59,595 nucleotides of DNA, filler included, from Sphacelaria rigidula (GCA_964200075.2; 9 parts of 9 records of this genome joined end to end with filler, not necessarily neighbours in it); one strand, 5' to 3'; shown: positions 26,735 to 40,182, numbered from the whole stretch's first letter. Program-made: numbers and translations. The notes: generated from the letters alone by a model not told the origin.

Positions 26735-27245
26735 GGTTATCCGCCTGCTCGCGTTGAGCCCTTGAAGGTGAAATTCAAACCTATTGCTGTGGAGGCGAAG
26801 GCTTGGCCAAGGGGATACTTTCCGGTTCGGATGGCGTGGCGGCACGCTGCATCGCAATATTTGGTGGCGCTCGGGCTCGTATACTGTAGCTTGCAGGTAG
26901 TGCGGGCGAGAGCGGCGATTGCAACGCCCGAGAAGTTTTGTTTACGCTGGATGAGTGCGTACAAGGCGGGGGAGGAAGTTCCTCGTCCCCACAAGGAGGT
27001 GGTGCATGGTGCTCGCCCAGGGAAGGTGTTTCATTTCAATTTTCTCAGTGTTGGCAAGGGTGGTCCGCTGGGAGATAATAACTTGGGAAAAGGAGATCCG
27101 TTCAAATACAAATTAGTGAGGATGGATGACCCGAGTGACTTCGTACGGTTGGAGCCCGCGGACTCTTGTACAGCGGCGGCGACGATGAAGCATCTGTTGT
27201 CTGTGTATTGGTCCGCTTGTGCTTTCAGCGGTTTGGTTGTCAAAT
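26735..27245 (+). mobile_element. Internally deleted Gypsy relic: RT N-terminus fused in frame to the integrase core
   Basis: PPARVEPLKVK..SAYKA joins GEEVPRP..VHG..FHFNFL..MDDPSDFVRLEP..CTAA. Both halves are homologous to 16180-16410 and 17980-18200. Confidence 0.8.
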
Positions 27246-27471
27246 GAGCATCGGTGGGGTACCCTCCAACTCCCCCCTTCATACGGCACTAGAGTGGTAC
27301 GGAAATGGTCTACAAATAAAACCGCGGAGTCACGGTAGGTCAAGTCTCCCGTCCAATCCACGGACCGCCTTTTATACACTATAGTGTCCGCGTCTTTGGA
27401 TCCCAAAAGCTTGGCTAGATGGGAAAGCCTGTCGTGCTATTGATTTCTAGTGTTTGAGTATCGCGGACCAA

Positions 27472-27995
27472 CTACGGGCAAATAAATGGCTGGACAGGGA
27501 GCGCGGAAACACGGGGGTATATGGCTCCGGACGGCGTCACCCCACCCAACCTGTTTCGGGCAGCTGGGGTGTTACCGGCGGGATTAAGTGATCCATATTT
27601 CCTGTAGAGACCTACCGGGTGGGGAGCAACGATGTACCGGGAGCGGCGCTGCGGGGGCAATAGCGGCGGGGGCGGCATCTGGGAACGAACAAAATTCCCG
27701 GCAGCCGGCCCTTGCGGGGCCCACTGAGGCGCAGGGACTAGCATTGCCTGCTGAGGAAGCACAGGAACAGACGGCGGCATGCTTTGGTGCCGGGGGCCGA
27801 GGTGCCCTTGCTGTTGCTGATGGAGCATCTGTTGCTGATAGAGCGGTACAACAACCTGCTGCTGAGGGGGTGGGACAGCTTGCTGCTGCTGAAAAGGGGC
27901 GACCTGCTGCTGCTGAGGAAATTGTACAGTAGGCTGTTGGGCTGACCCCGGCGGGTAGAAGGGCTGAGCTTGTGGGTTCTAGGGGTTTCCATTCA
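27472..27995 (-). pseudogene. Gln/Pro-rich reading frame; host exon or retroelement gag linker, unresolved
   Basis: QQQQ..PPPQQQ..HQQQQGHLG..PPPPLLPP composition, with no recognisable domain. Confidence 0.3.
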
Positions 27996-30900
27996 TTTTC
28001 CGACGAGTTTGAGTTGGTATGTGGTACTTGGAACGTCAACCTGCGCACGTACCACACGGATGGAAAGAAACACCGATGAAACGCATACTGAACTATGAAT
28101 GACCATACCTTACATCCTCTGTGGGTACAGATGACGGGATGCGGTTGTAAACATTCTCCCGATCATCAACTGGCGGGCGGAGATAATGGAGCAAGTAACG
28201 TGGTGACGACGCTTTTTCGGCACACAAGCGAAAGCGGACATCAGAAAGGGGAAAGAGAGCGGAGGGAACAGCGATTTGACCGGACAGGTGGTTTATGCGT
28301 GTGTATTTTGGCCAAGGTTTTTCCCGTATCGAGGGACCGCCAAGAATAGTTTCCTGGACTCCCGTCGTGATGCCGACCTGTTCGGGCATGCATGGGAAAT
28401 ATAGTTCCCCTCAACCTATTCGGACAAGCACAGTCTTGACATCGTGAGCCCTTCCTCCTTGTCCATTTTCCTGCCTATTCGCTGAATGGTGCAAGCATAT
28501 TCAAATCTATGCAGCTTTTTACTTCCTCAACCGAATGTTTAGCTTATATAAGGGTAATGTGATTAGCATCAACGATAATTACACTCGTCGTTCACTACCA
28601 GCCAACAGCCAACAACCCTCGTCGGTTTTTTTCCAGTATACATCTTTGCCAAGGAATGTGTGGCACCCGTGGACCCTCAAGACCAGAAGAATGTAGCCTT
28701 GTTAAGGTGATGGTCATAGCACGCACAGTTGGACGGTCAACTTAGGATTCACTGTCGGGACGCGCGCGGCAGACGGTCACCGGTAGCTGGCGGAGCACTC
28801 GTCTGGTAGCCTCGTGCAGACCGACCTCTTGGCTCGCAATATTCCTCCGTAGTCGCCCAGTAGTGATGGAGTTAAGCTGAATATCCCGTTCATATGTGAC
28901 TACGGGGAAATTGGCAGACGGTCCTATTTTTAAGATCATCAACGACGCATGCAGCCTAGTGGGTGTTGACCTACCACTGCGGGTCAGAGTAATCCACGTA
29001 TGATACATTCAGCCGCGTACATGGAATTGTCCACACATGTATTAATAGTCGTTTTCCTCTTTTTTTTCGAGATGACTACGAGTACTGGGTTGAGTACATG
29101 ATCTCCATGATCAGAGCAAGGTCACATAGGTCTGAAGCTCTTCAAGCGTGCATGACTCGTGTATATCCGGTTCTTCATCCACCCCGGGCGTAACCGATCA
29201 CACGGGGGGGGCGTCCCGGGTTATAACTCCCTTATGCGTGACACTAAAACATTCTACGCATCGATGATGTGTTCCCCCCCCTGACTGGGTGGGGTCAGTA
29301 CCTCACACCGCGTTCATTCCGCCTCGTAATTTCCGTACCCGGCCAATCGACTTCACATGGTAGCCTGCAACGCTGTTACTCCTTGTCAGTAGCACACATG
29401 GTCCGGCATGAAATGCGGTAGTCGAAGGCCCCACTTAGAGACACCCCCTAGGAACACATGTGCTGTTTATTCAGCAATAAATTTAGCAGACCACATCTCG
29501 GGAAGTTTCACGTTTTGCTTCTCTTTGTCACGCGAAATCAGTGTATCTGAATCAGGCCAGCCTTTTCGATGCGGTGGTCAATATTCACCTTCCTCCGGTA
29601 TTGCGGTCATCACTCTATCTTGCGCCCTCGCAGATATACTCTCGACCTAACAGTTCACGGCCGAGGTGACCTCAGCATCTTCTGCTTCTGTAATCACCGT
29701 GCTGCTTGTTTTGTTCGAGCGTTGCTGCAAATTCACGTATGGCGAAGGTAGGAACCGTAAACTTGAGGGATGGCGGGGGCATGGCTTGCTCCTTCCAGCG
29801 TTATCGCGCGGCAGTAAACGGACGTACAGTAACTGTTACACGGAGGGGATACCACAAAGCTAACAGATCCGACCCTTGGTAGCGAAGGTTCCCTCTAGGC
29901 TAGTGCGGACAATTAACCCGCCCCGCACAGACTAGCATCTGCCCGCCTCGGATGGGATATGAATTGCAGCACGGCAGTGTGTAGCAGTGCAGTGTGGTGC
30001 CGCACCGCTCCTTGAATATCGTAGCATAACCCAGCGTCATCGACATAAGCACAGCCAACACAACGCAGGATTCATTTTCTTCTCTAAACAATTAATGAGT
30101 CAACTTGGCTTTGCAACGCCCAGAGATTATCTGACTGTGTCATATTGTGCTATATACAGGGGTGAGGGGATAGTTGGTGACCTGGCATAACCAGCACCTT
30201 CCATCGGATTACACGAAGATGAGTACAAGCGTAGCACGTGATGCAACCTGCCAGCTAGTCTATCTTCACGCAACCAGTCTAACGGCCACACACAGACAGT
30301 GTAGTGTATCCACACAGTCCGAGATGCAAACAAAATATTCTCGATTCGGTTCCACCCTTCAATATGATATGCCTGTACTCATTTTAGGGTTGCGACTGTA
30401 CCGGTTCGTTAGCAGTGGCCCCGATCTGAAAACAAGTCTTTCGTGCTATACCTGGATGCACGAGCATGACAACGCCCTGGTGGCCGTTTGGAAGCGGGTG
30501 TCAATGTGCTAACCTGGACCGATTTCGTTATTACGAGAGGACGAACATTTGTCACGGCATGCAACGCCTGGTTAACATTGCCATTCTTTCCAGCACAATG
30601 TCCCTAACCTTAGGTAACAATGGTGGCTAGAGTCTACAGCACCGCCAAACCTCTCTACTACCAACAAGTAGTTACATCAGAGCTTGACAAACTCAGACAT
30701 CATTGGTGCATGACAGTACCGTCGTTTTTCGCAAAGAATAGCAATCTCTTCCGCAGCTTTTGACAACAGCTCCATCCAAGCTTGCCTCACTTCCGAACAA
30801 CTAGCAAGAGATCCCAATAAAATATCGTCCATCATGAATATGCAATCACGCCACTTGCACCAATTCGAGTTACAAAGCGATAGCTTGCGCAAAGTTCTCA

Positions 30901-32340
30901 TATCTTCGCCCTGAACACGTTTCTTGACTCTTCATCGGCATGAAACCGGAAATGTCAAATCCCAGATACATTTATATATCTCGTTTGGATCTTGGACTGT
31001 CATATCCCATCCGTGTACCAGCCAAAATGTAGAAATAATGAATTCCTCGACACTCTTGCAGTCCACCTGTACCAGCTCTTCGAACAAATGGACGCATCAT
31101 CCACATGCACCTTCTAACATGAACGAAAGACCAACCACGAGCTCGTTCAAACACGTGACAAGCCATACAAAAACGTGCCACGGTCAAAACTCATTGAAGC
31201 ATGCCCGCATAATATCTTTATCTTCAACTACCGGAAGCACTCGCGTCATACCTGCTTACATACCGACGAGCCTACGCATTTCGTACCTTTAAGCTCATTT
31301 TCACGCGAACAGCAGGTGTCACCGTCTCCTACAGCCAGTACGAGCCCACGCATTTCGTATCTTTCAGCTCATTTTTATGCTTACAGCAGCAATCCATATA
31401 TCCTGCAGTCAGTGCGTGCAAACCGCACACATATGATTCGACTGTGTTCCTGCGCGAACAAGATTATACGAGATTCTCTTCAGTTAGCATATAGCAGTAC
31501 ATGGAAAACTGCCCCACCCTAGCTGGTCACCAGATACCATTCATATCAGTACCATTCGAGCAACAATTCGCACATGCATGCCAGCATTACACCCAGCATA
31601 TGCAATGCCACCTTCCTCGCAGCAAACACCATGCATCGTCTGCGCCAACAAGATCAGCACAACACACACATGCCAAGTGTCCACGTGTACGCCAGAGTTT
31701 TACCCTGCACACGCAATACGATCATACTCGCTCAACAACCATGTTTCGTGCGCAATCATGATCACGAACCACACAATAACAAGCTGCAACCATTCTCGAA
31801 ACGATTGGCGAATACCAGTCATAATGTGTTTCGTCATTCTCAACAAGCAATCAATCACCACAGCACTTGCTCCTCAACACCAGTACCCAACTCGGCGCTC
31901 ACCACAGCAGCAAACACCTCAGGTAATGCCTTCTTTGTAGTCCTCCAGCCCGCTCTTGAGAAACAGCAGCACTCGAACCACGACCCCTTGCACAGAGTGG
32001 AGCAGCGTTTCCACTCGAACCCTCGCTCCTACCGCCATGAGTCCAGCTACAGCTCCCACCCTCGTGGAGCCCCTCAGCTCACCACAAAACGGTGTATCCG
32101 CACCGCCAAACCAATGCGACAGATCATCTACCTCCACAGATACTTGCGCGCTCACGAACGCTTGTTCTTCAGTCGCTTTTTCAGAGGAAACAAGAGGCGA
32201 AACGGGAACATCCATACAGTCCCGCACAGCCATACCTCCCGATGGCATCACGCCATCCTCCTCCAGGACCTGATCGTACAGTGGCAAAGACATCGCAATC
32301 AACGCCGCCAAAGACGCCAAACCTGTCCATGCATACAGTC

Positions 32341-32394
32341 TGTGATGAGTGACCTCCATGACGAGTATGTGATGAGTGACCTCCATGACGAGTA
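32341..32394. repeat. Perfect 27-bp tandem duplication
   Basis: TGTGATGAGTGACCTCCATGACGAGTA occurs twice in tandem. Confidence 0.95.
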
Positions 32395-33237
32395 GGCTTG
32401 GTTTTGCTACTCTAGTGGAGAGAGGCTATGGTCCTGTTCTCCTGTAATATACTAAGGCTTAATGAATGAATAACCTAAGCTGCTGAAGTCCATGTGCCCG
32501 TGATGGGAGGAGTCCACATGGCGATCTGATCTTGAGTGACAGAAGTCTATAATGAACGTTCATTGAGTCCGCTAAAAAGGGAGACCTGCTGAAAAAGCAG
32601 CTGAAATTTCAAGATAGGGAAGTCTGCAGGCCTGATCTTTGCAGCAAACAAGACCAGCTCAAGGTGTGTTAACGTCACGAAAAGTTAGAGAAGAAGAGCC
32701 GAGAAGGTTCTGAGGTAGTGCTAGGGCGGGCTGTGGTATCGCTCGTGCGTGAGGTGCAGGGGGTTGATCGACAGGTGGCGCGCCCGTGAACGTTCCAATA
32801 ACCGCGGCGCAGTTACTATTTGAGACGGGAGAATTGCGAGAGGGCTGGTTCGAGGTTGGCCAGCCGTGTGCAAGAAGAAGAGTCCAAGGACTTCAAACAC
32901 GCACGGGTGGCCACTGTATTCTGTAACCTGGCCATTTTGGGACCTTATCCACATTTGGTGAGGTCCGCGGATTGGGTAGACAACTGAGGAGCATTCGCAC
33001 AGCATGGACAGGATCGAAACAAAACATGTCCCAGTCTATAGGCGGGTGACTCCCCTGTAGACTGGNNNNNNNNNNNNNNNNNNNNNNNNNNNNNNNNNNN
33101 NNNNNNNNNTTAATTAATTAANNNNNNNNNNNNNNNNNNNNNNNNNNNNNNNNNNNNNNNNNNNNCTTCCCTGCAATGGAGGGATGGGACTTCAACCTCA
33201 TATTACGTTTCAACCCCAAAAATTAGGATCGGCTGTT

Positions 33238-34608
33238 ACTTACCCCTTTCACAGCGTTTTTTTTGCCAATCGTGGTGTGCTCACAGGCAATTTTCGAGAG
33301 TTGGTTTTTGGATGCAAGCAAGCATAGACAATACATTAGTGCCACATTACAAGCACGAGCTGTACTCTGCAAGAACAAACAGTGCAGCAGCGCCAGGTTA
33401 CAAGCACGGGCTGTACTCGCGAGCACAGTAGGTCGCTGTGCTTTGCCAATACAGTACAGTGCTACACCGTCTTCACTGTAGGGTTCGAGGCCACATGTAG
33501 ATGCACGTACATGGCAGTGGTGGGTGCAGATGCAGAGGGTGTCACTACTGACTACGTGAAGGCTTCACTATGTTTGCGAACATCCGTGACGTGCCGCAGA
33601 TTAAAAAACGTGGGCTCTCGAATTGAAAAAATACGACGCGGGATCGCACAGTACAAGAGAAACGGTAAAAGCACGTAGAAGACGAAACGAAAAGATTGAG
33701 TGTATACAGCAGCGACAACACAAAGTGGACGAACGGAGTATCGAAGTCCAGCCAGCACGAGTAAATGTTGAGCACGACGGAAAACACCCACTTCGATCTT
33801 TCATCATCCGGTGGTGCCGTGGATGAGATTTGTTTTTCTCGAGATGATGGGCACAGTACATACTGTACTATGTAGAGTTTACGGTATAACAGTAGTACGA
33901 TGCAGTGCCAGGGTGTTGCAGCAGGGAAGAATTTTCACAAGTACAGGCCGTGGATTTTCCATACTTTCATGCTGATGGGTGCAAGCAGTACCCTGGCGGT
34001 GTAGTATATCCGCACTGTTCAAGCGAAACGGTAAGAACGTGGAAGACGTGCTGACCGATTCTGTTTGTACACACTTACCCCTTTCACAGCGTTTTTTTGC
34101 CAATCGTGGTGTGCTCACAGGCAATTTTCGAGAGTTGGTTTTTGGATGCAAGCAAGCATGGGCAATACATTAGTGCCACATTACAAGCACGAGCTGTACT
34201 CTGCAAGAACAAACAGTGCAGCAGCGCCAGGTTACAAGCACGGGCTGTACTCGCGAGCACAGCAGGTCGTTGTGCTTTGCCAGTACAGTACAGTACTACA
34301 CCGTCTTCACTGTAGGGTTCGAGGCCACATGCAGATGCACGTACATGGCAGTGGTGGGTGCAGATGCAGAGGGTGTCACAACTGACTACGTGAAGGCTTC
34401 ACTATGTTTGCGAACATCCGTAACGTGCCGCAGATTAAAAAACGTGGGCTCTCGAATTGAAAAAATACGACGCGGGACAGGTCATCATAAAAGGTAAATG
34501 TGGATCGTTATTTTGTCTTGTATAGGTTACAAGCACGGCGGGCTGTACTCGCGAGCACAGTATGTAGCTGTGCTTTGCCAATACAATACCGAAGTATAGC
34601 GTCTTCAC
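33238..34608. repeat. Direct repeat of about 405 bp (33238-33643 and 34073-34477) plus a third partial copy (34524-34608)
   Basis: Near-identical blocks offset by about 835 bp, with the internal subrepeat TACAAGCACG(A/G)GCTGTACTC. Confidence 0.9.
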
Positions 34609-34874
34609 GCTCGCGCCCTTGCGCACGTGGAAGGACGTCACTCGGACTAGAACGATCGTGTCTGGAATTTGCGTGGTGCGATGCGCGAAAGAATTGTCAT
34701 CGTCAATCTATGGTCCTTACTTTCTTTCCGCCCTTCTTCTGCTTGTATGCCGTTCTTGCTTTTCTTCATTGAGGGCGTCTGTCTCTTCTGTCCCTTTTCC
34801 ATTCCATTCCAATGTAAGAAAGGATATAGGAAAATTGGAAGTGCGATGCGAAGCAGAGCAATCTATTGGATATC

Positions 34875-37780
34875 GATTTGATTGATTTGATTTGATTGAT
34901 TGTCGCACTTTACCTGACCACCCATGGGTCCAGCCGTGGTCGCATGATGGACTTACCCAAGAAAAGCAAAACTGAACTCGCCCAAGAGAAGAGGGAACAG
35001 AAAAAAGTCGAACATAACGACCTAGTAGACTGAGACGTGTAACAAAATAAGGAGGGAAAATGAGCAAAAGCGAATCACGAAAAGATATGGCCGACCCAAA
35101 AAACGAAAAAGGAGCTAAAAATAAATAAATGGAATAAAATAATTGAAAAGAAAAAAGCCCGAGCGATTCAGGGCAGCAGAGAAGGTATAAACACACACAA
35201 GTGGCCACCGCAGAGCCACCGACTAAGGACAGGATTCTCCGATTGGCGACCCTCGACGCAGCAGCCTCTCGCTCGTGACGGCGGTCTGATTCTCGTTTGT
35301 CCGCGCGTCGCCACGTGTCGTCAAACTCTTCCGCTCCTTTTTCGACTCCGATATGCCATTTGCTCATGTTATTCGCCGCAGTGACCCAATCGTATGCATC
35401 GTTAACCTCTACACCGTAGACTAACCACTTCCGTCGGGCTCCTTCGTGTCGGACAGCCCCTAGTGCACCTAGGTTCTCCTTTAGGGTATCCTCCTATTGC
35501 TTGGGGAGGCGGCCGGCCTCCTTGGGTCCTCGTGTGGAAAGCTGACTGTTCATGACGCGTTTAGGCAGGCGTGTGTCCTTCTGCCGGACAAGGGCTGCCG
35601 CGAACCAGAGCTGGCGTTTTCGGATAGTCGTCTCGATACGTTCGCAGTGGGTCATGTCGAGTACCGCTCTGTACCAAAGAGTCTTGTAGCCATTTCGATC
35701 TTTCCTGCGGAATCCAACCACTCGCAGTAAGAGCTTGTGATGGGCAGTCCGCAGACTGTCGAAGTCCTCAGAATGTAGCGTCCATGTGGCACATGCATAC
35801 AGCAGAGCTTTTACCACCTCCGCTTTAAGCTGTCGAACTTTCAAGGATAGCTCGGCGTTGGGTCGGTCGTAGAGTTGGGAGCTACATTTTCGGATACGCG
35901 CCCACGCCGAGTTGATACGACGGTTGATTTCGATGGACATTTTCGCATCCGCGCTGATAGCTCCAAGGTAGATGAACTTTCCCGTCTGCTTATACCGTTG
36001 ACCGGCAGCTTTAATATCCAGGGCGGCCTCCTTGGGACTGGGTACTGACCAAAGGCGCACGGGCTCTTTGTTGCTCTCGGAGACCATCAGGCCGAATTCC
36101 TGGCAGGTCATCACTCGACCATCATTCGAGCAAGGCCTTCTGGGGTCTTCGAGGCTATGCCGGCGTCATCCGCATAAAGCATTGCCCGCACCGCGCGTCG
36201 CACCTTCTCCAGCGGTGTCTCTTCCACGGGCTCACCACCGCCACCTTTTGGCGCATCATCTAGAAAGACCAAGTCTGAGACGATGACTGGGTCCGCCGCA
36301 AACCGCTGGATGATCACTTCGACCAATCCTACTCCGAAGATGTTGAACAACAGCGGAGACGAAACGCAACCTTGTCTGAATCCCTGGCAGGCGTGGAACC
36401 ACGCTGATAGGTCGCCACTATCTAGCTGTACCCGAGCTCGCATGTCGTCGTGAAACATACGGATGATCGTGATCATTCGCGACAGGACTCCGAACCGAGC
36501 AAGCACTTCCCACAGGAGCGTGCGGTCTACAGAATCGTAGGCTTTCTGCAGATCGACAAAGCACATGTCCATTGGGACGTTGCTCGCCCGTCCCAACTCC
36601 TGGAGTCGGCGTACTACGAGCATCGCCGTTGAACGTACGCGAAGTGTTTCCCTTGGGGATGGAAAAAAACGTGTGGACCAGGGCAAGCCTGTTGCCGCCT
36701 GCAAATTGCACTAGAGATGTGCCGCTACTGTCGTTGGATCGGGAGTCTGGGCCGTATGCTCCTACAATTTTACGTTCCTCCTCGCCTGCTCGTACTTCAG
36801 TCCTCGCGTTAGCGTTTACTAAAATAAACAGGTGATGTTTGTGGGGGGTACGGTTCACAACGCCGTCTAACTCAGTCCAGAACACATCTCTCTCTTATCT
36901 TCACTGTGGTGTGTCTGTCGAGGCGTATGCAACCACAAACGTAGCATTTGATTTACCCGCTAGGTTGAAAGTCATCGACATGAGGCGTTCGCTGATGAGT
37001 GCTTGAGTCCACGTCGCCTTGCTGATGATGGTCTCTTTGACCACCAACCCAACCCCCTGTTGACCAGGCCTTCCCTTACCTCCCTCTGCCCAGCAGCAAA
37101 AAACACAAAATTCGGATCGACCTGGTCTCCTCGTTTTCTGTAGACCGATGACGTCACATCCGACGGCCTGAAATTTTTGCAGGACCACCTCAGCATGATC
37201 AGGTCTGTTCTTTCCTGTGAGGAACAGTGTACGGACGTTATAGGTAGCCACTTTGAGCTCCCCACTACGCGACCTAGCTTTAGCTTTATTTATATCCACG
37301 CGTCTTTCTCTTTGCTGTGCTCTCCTTCTTGGTCTGTTCCGCCTCCCAATTTTACGGGCGAGCTCTTTTTCCTGTTCTGATTTTCTTTGGCACATCATCA
37401 CGGTACCTGCCTTGCTTGTTGACCTTGCGGGGAGGGTGCAGCCTTCCCATCCGGCGTCGGCCGCTATCTCCAGTCCGCCGAACCTGATACTTACTCACAC
37501 GTGCCTCATCTTCATCAACGTGCTTTCCATGACAGTGTCTCAACCCCGGGTAAAATGCTGCTGCTGCGGGGTTCAATTTAGTTCTCACTCTAGGGTAGAA
37601 CTCCGAAGCTGCAGGGTTGAGCCTGGACGTTAGCACCGTCGACATGACCCACTACCTAGACTGTGTGTTGCATTACCAATTTCACGACAAGCAGGCAAGC
37701 CAGTAGGTCAATTTACCCTTCATTACTCACTGGTTGTTTTGTCAACGGGGTTAGCCTACCCCGACACAACCAACCCCAGA
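34875..37780 (-). mobile_element. RTE-clade LINE: N-terminal 2x PAM2, basic region, APE endonuclease, RT, 3' UTR stem-loop and (ATCA)n tail; internally deleted and pseudogenised
   Basis: LKVATYNVRTL, DVIGLQKTR, GVGL (APE); FVDLQKAYDSVDR, QGCVSSPLLFN, MLYADDA, FIYLG, LLYACATW, RLPKRVM (RTE RT). Start ATG at 37645. Confidence 0.92.
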
Positions 37781-40182
37781 CGAGTTGCGGTCGGGGAGAA
37801 GGGAAGGGAAGATATATGGCGTCAAAGTGCGGGATGTTGAAAGCCCCCAAGTGATCGATGAGGCAAGGCGGGGTATTCGGCGGTCGTTGCACGGTGGCAG
37901 CGGAGGGCATCTTTGTTCTGTGCTCGGCTGCTGCTCGGTCTGTTTGCTTCGAAGACAATTTTCGGGGTGACGTAGTTGAGGCAGGACCAACCTGTATGCA
38001 GTACGGATGGCGATGCCGCTCGCCTCGCCTCGTCTCTTGGTATTTTTGTTTTGTTGTAGACGTGATACTTTCACATGTACGAACATATCCATTTTGTTCT
38101 TGTCTTTCCGTCTTTTTAACCAAGTTCCCAAAATGTGATGACGATGACAGAACTACGAAACGGAAACTGGGGAGAGTGAGCTGACGAAAAATGACTTCGA
38201 AATTCTGTACGCTATGGATGATGACGATGATGCCGCTGCTGCTCCCGCAGAGGGAGGGGAGCCGCTGGTCGCTGGCACTGGACAGGCGACGTAGAAGTTT
38301 TTTTTTTTCCGTTGTTTTGCTGTGGAGGCAGCTTTACTTTGCCCTTACTTTTTATGTTCTGTTTTAATTTTGTTGAGGTTACACAGTTGTTTCAGCTTTG
38401 TAGTCTCGGAGCATGACGTATGTCTCTTGGCTGCTGTGAGAGTTGCGCAGTTGGGTTGAGGTTGTTCGGTTGTCAAGCTTTATTTGCTTTGAACTTGTCT
38501 TGTTTTGCGTTTCCCTTTTGTTTTTGTGTCTGTTCAGCTTTGTTTCGTCGTAGGGGTGTTGCGCAGTCGCTTGCTTGCACTCGTTGCTCATGACTGGCAC
38601 TAGGTGAAGATGAGCTGTGGTGATTTTGTAGTCTGTTGGGATGGAGCATTTCCTGTTGCTGTGCTGTGTGTTGTGGTGGGAAATGAGTACCACGTCGTAC
38701 GACTCTTGCGTCGACTCCTTCAGCCAATGCCCACCGTGCGGGTGTAGTTGTTGTCTCTGTCCGATCGTGAAGTCGACTCACGCGTGCTATTTCTTCGATT
38801 GTGTGGGGGTGAGATCCAGTATCTGAAGATAAAAGGACTAGATCGGGATCACGGACGGATACAATACCCTGAGTCGACTCGTACGATGAGTCCGGCGAAA
38901 AAAAGGGAAAATTTTGGGCGGAGGGAGTATCACGACCGGTATTATTTCGAGTCATGACTCACCTGACCGTAGCCTAGACTCCAAAGTTAGCCAGTGTTCG
39001 AAGCGTTGCTAGTTTGTTGTGTTGGCCGTCCGTCTCGAAGTTTGCGTCGTCGCTTGGGCTCTTGTTGTCTCTGGACTGCTCCGGTCCCGTTGTAGCTGCT
39101 GGAGCATATAGTGCTTGGATGCTCGTGTTTGCCGTGTCCGAATCTTGGATATTTTCTTGAATATTTTCCAAACCTATGTCTCGTCCATCTGCCTTGAGGC
39201 GAGTTGTACCGCATGATGAGCGGGGTATCCGCACTTGTCCCGCGATCGCGCGTTTGGGGCGCCTCTTGTACTTTCGCTACCTACTTTGCTGTCAATTCGC
39301 TCATGATGACCATTCCCCTTGTAGCTTTCCTGACACTAATCGACTATGTTGGGTTCTTGAAAGACATTGAAGTTCTCTTGTTGGAGCATCATTGACTGTG
39401 GCAACACTTTTAAATTTGACGTGGCTTGGCGTGTGAATCTGCGCTTGTAATATTTTCGTGTTGAACCGTCGACAGATGCAAAACGTGATATTCCGTCCCT
39501 CGATTTGACGCCATGCCTTGGCGCTTCAGGTGGGAGGAACCAACCCGGAAGATGTTCTGGGTGTAGACGAACCGGTCGACGCCGACGGAGTCCGGCTTTC
39601 CTACCAGGTCACTGTTTATCGCTACACCAGCATATACACCCTGTGACGAAATCACGCCGTCACGTTGAGTATATAGTGGATCCTGGATGATGACCAGGNN
39701 NNNNNNNNNNNNNNNNNNNNNNNNNNNNNNNNNNNNNNNNNNTTAATTAATTAANNNNNNNNNNNNNNNNNNNNNNNNNNNNNNNNNNNNNNNNNNNNCG
39801 AAGCCTACTGATTATCTTGAATTTGGATGACAGCCTACAATGAGTTGCTTTATTTTCTGGCATCGCTACTTCCAGAGATATCCATGGGTTATACACTCTC
39901 ATGGGTGTGTGGGGGGGCGAATAGGCACCACACCACGATATGGTACACAGTCAGTAATGACGGACACAGTGTAAAAAAACAGCTAAAAAGCCATCACTCG
40001 ATAGTGTTGTTCGCTGGGGGTGGGGATTGCTTTATTCATTGATGGTCGCACATATTAACGGACTCGCTACGAATTGGGCCATGTTCACGAGAGGATAAGC
40101 GTACCCAAGGCCAGTGCGGGAGGGAGGAGGGGCGGTATTACGGTGTATATCTCGGAAGACGTGCTCATCCCTGGATCCTCAC

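Noticed and set aside
30677..32340. Long ORFs (31574-32395 plus, 31919-32386 minus)
   Set aside because: No recognisable domain. Faint VHVDD and SRNVF fragments hint at a very old LTR element but are too weak to call.
37646..37900. HDV-like ribozyme at the RTE 5' end (GGCTAA resembles J4/2)
   Set aside because: I could not build the P1/P2/P3/P1.1 nested pseudoknot by eye. Only a simple hairpin is supported.
38380..39698. Possible ORF1 upstream of the RTE element
   Set aside because: Fragmented frames without RRM, zinc-knuckle or esterase motifs, and no demonstrable link to the LINE.
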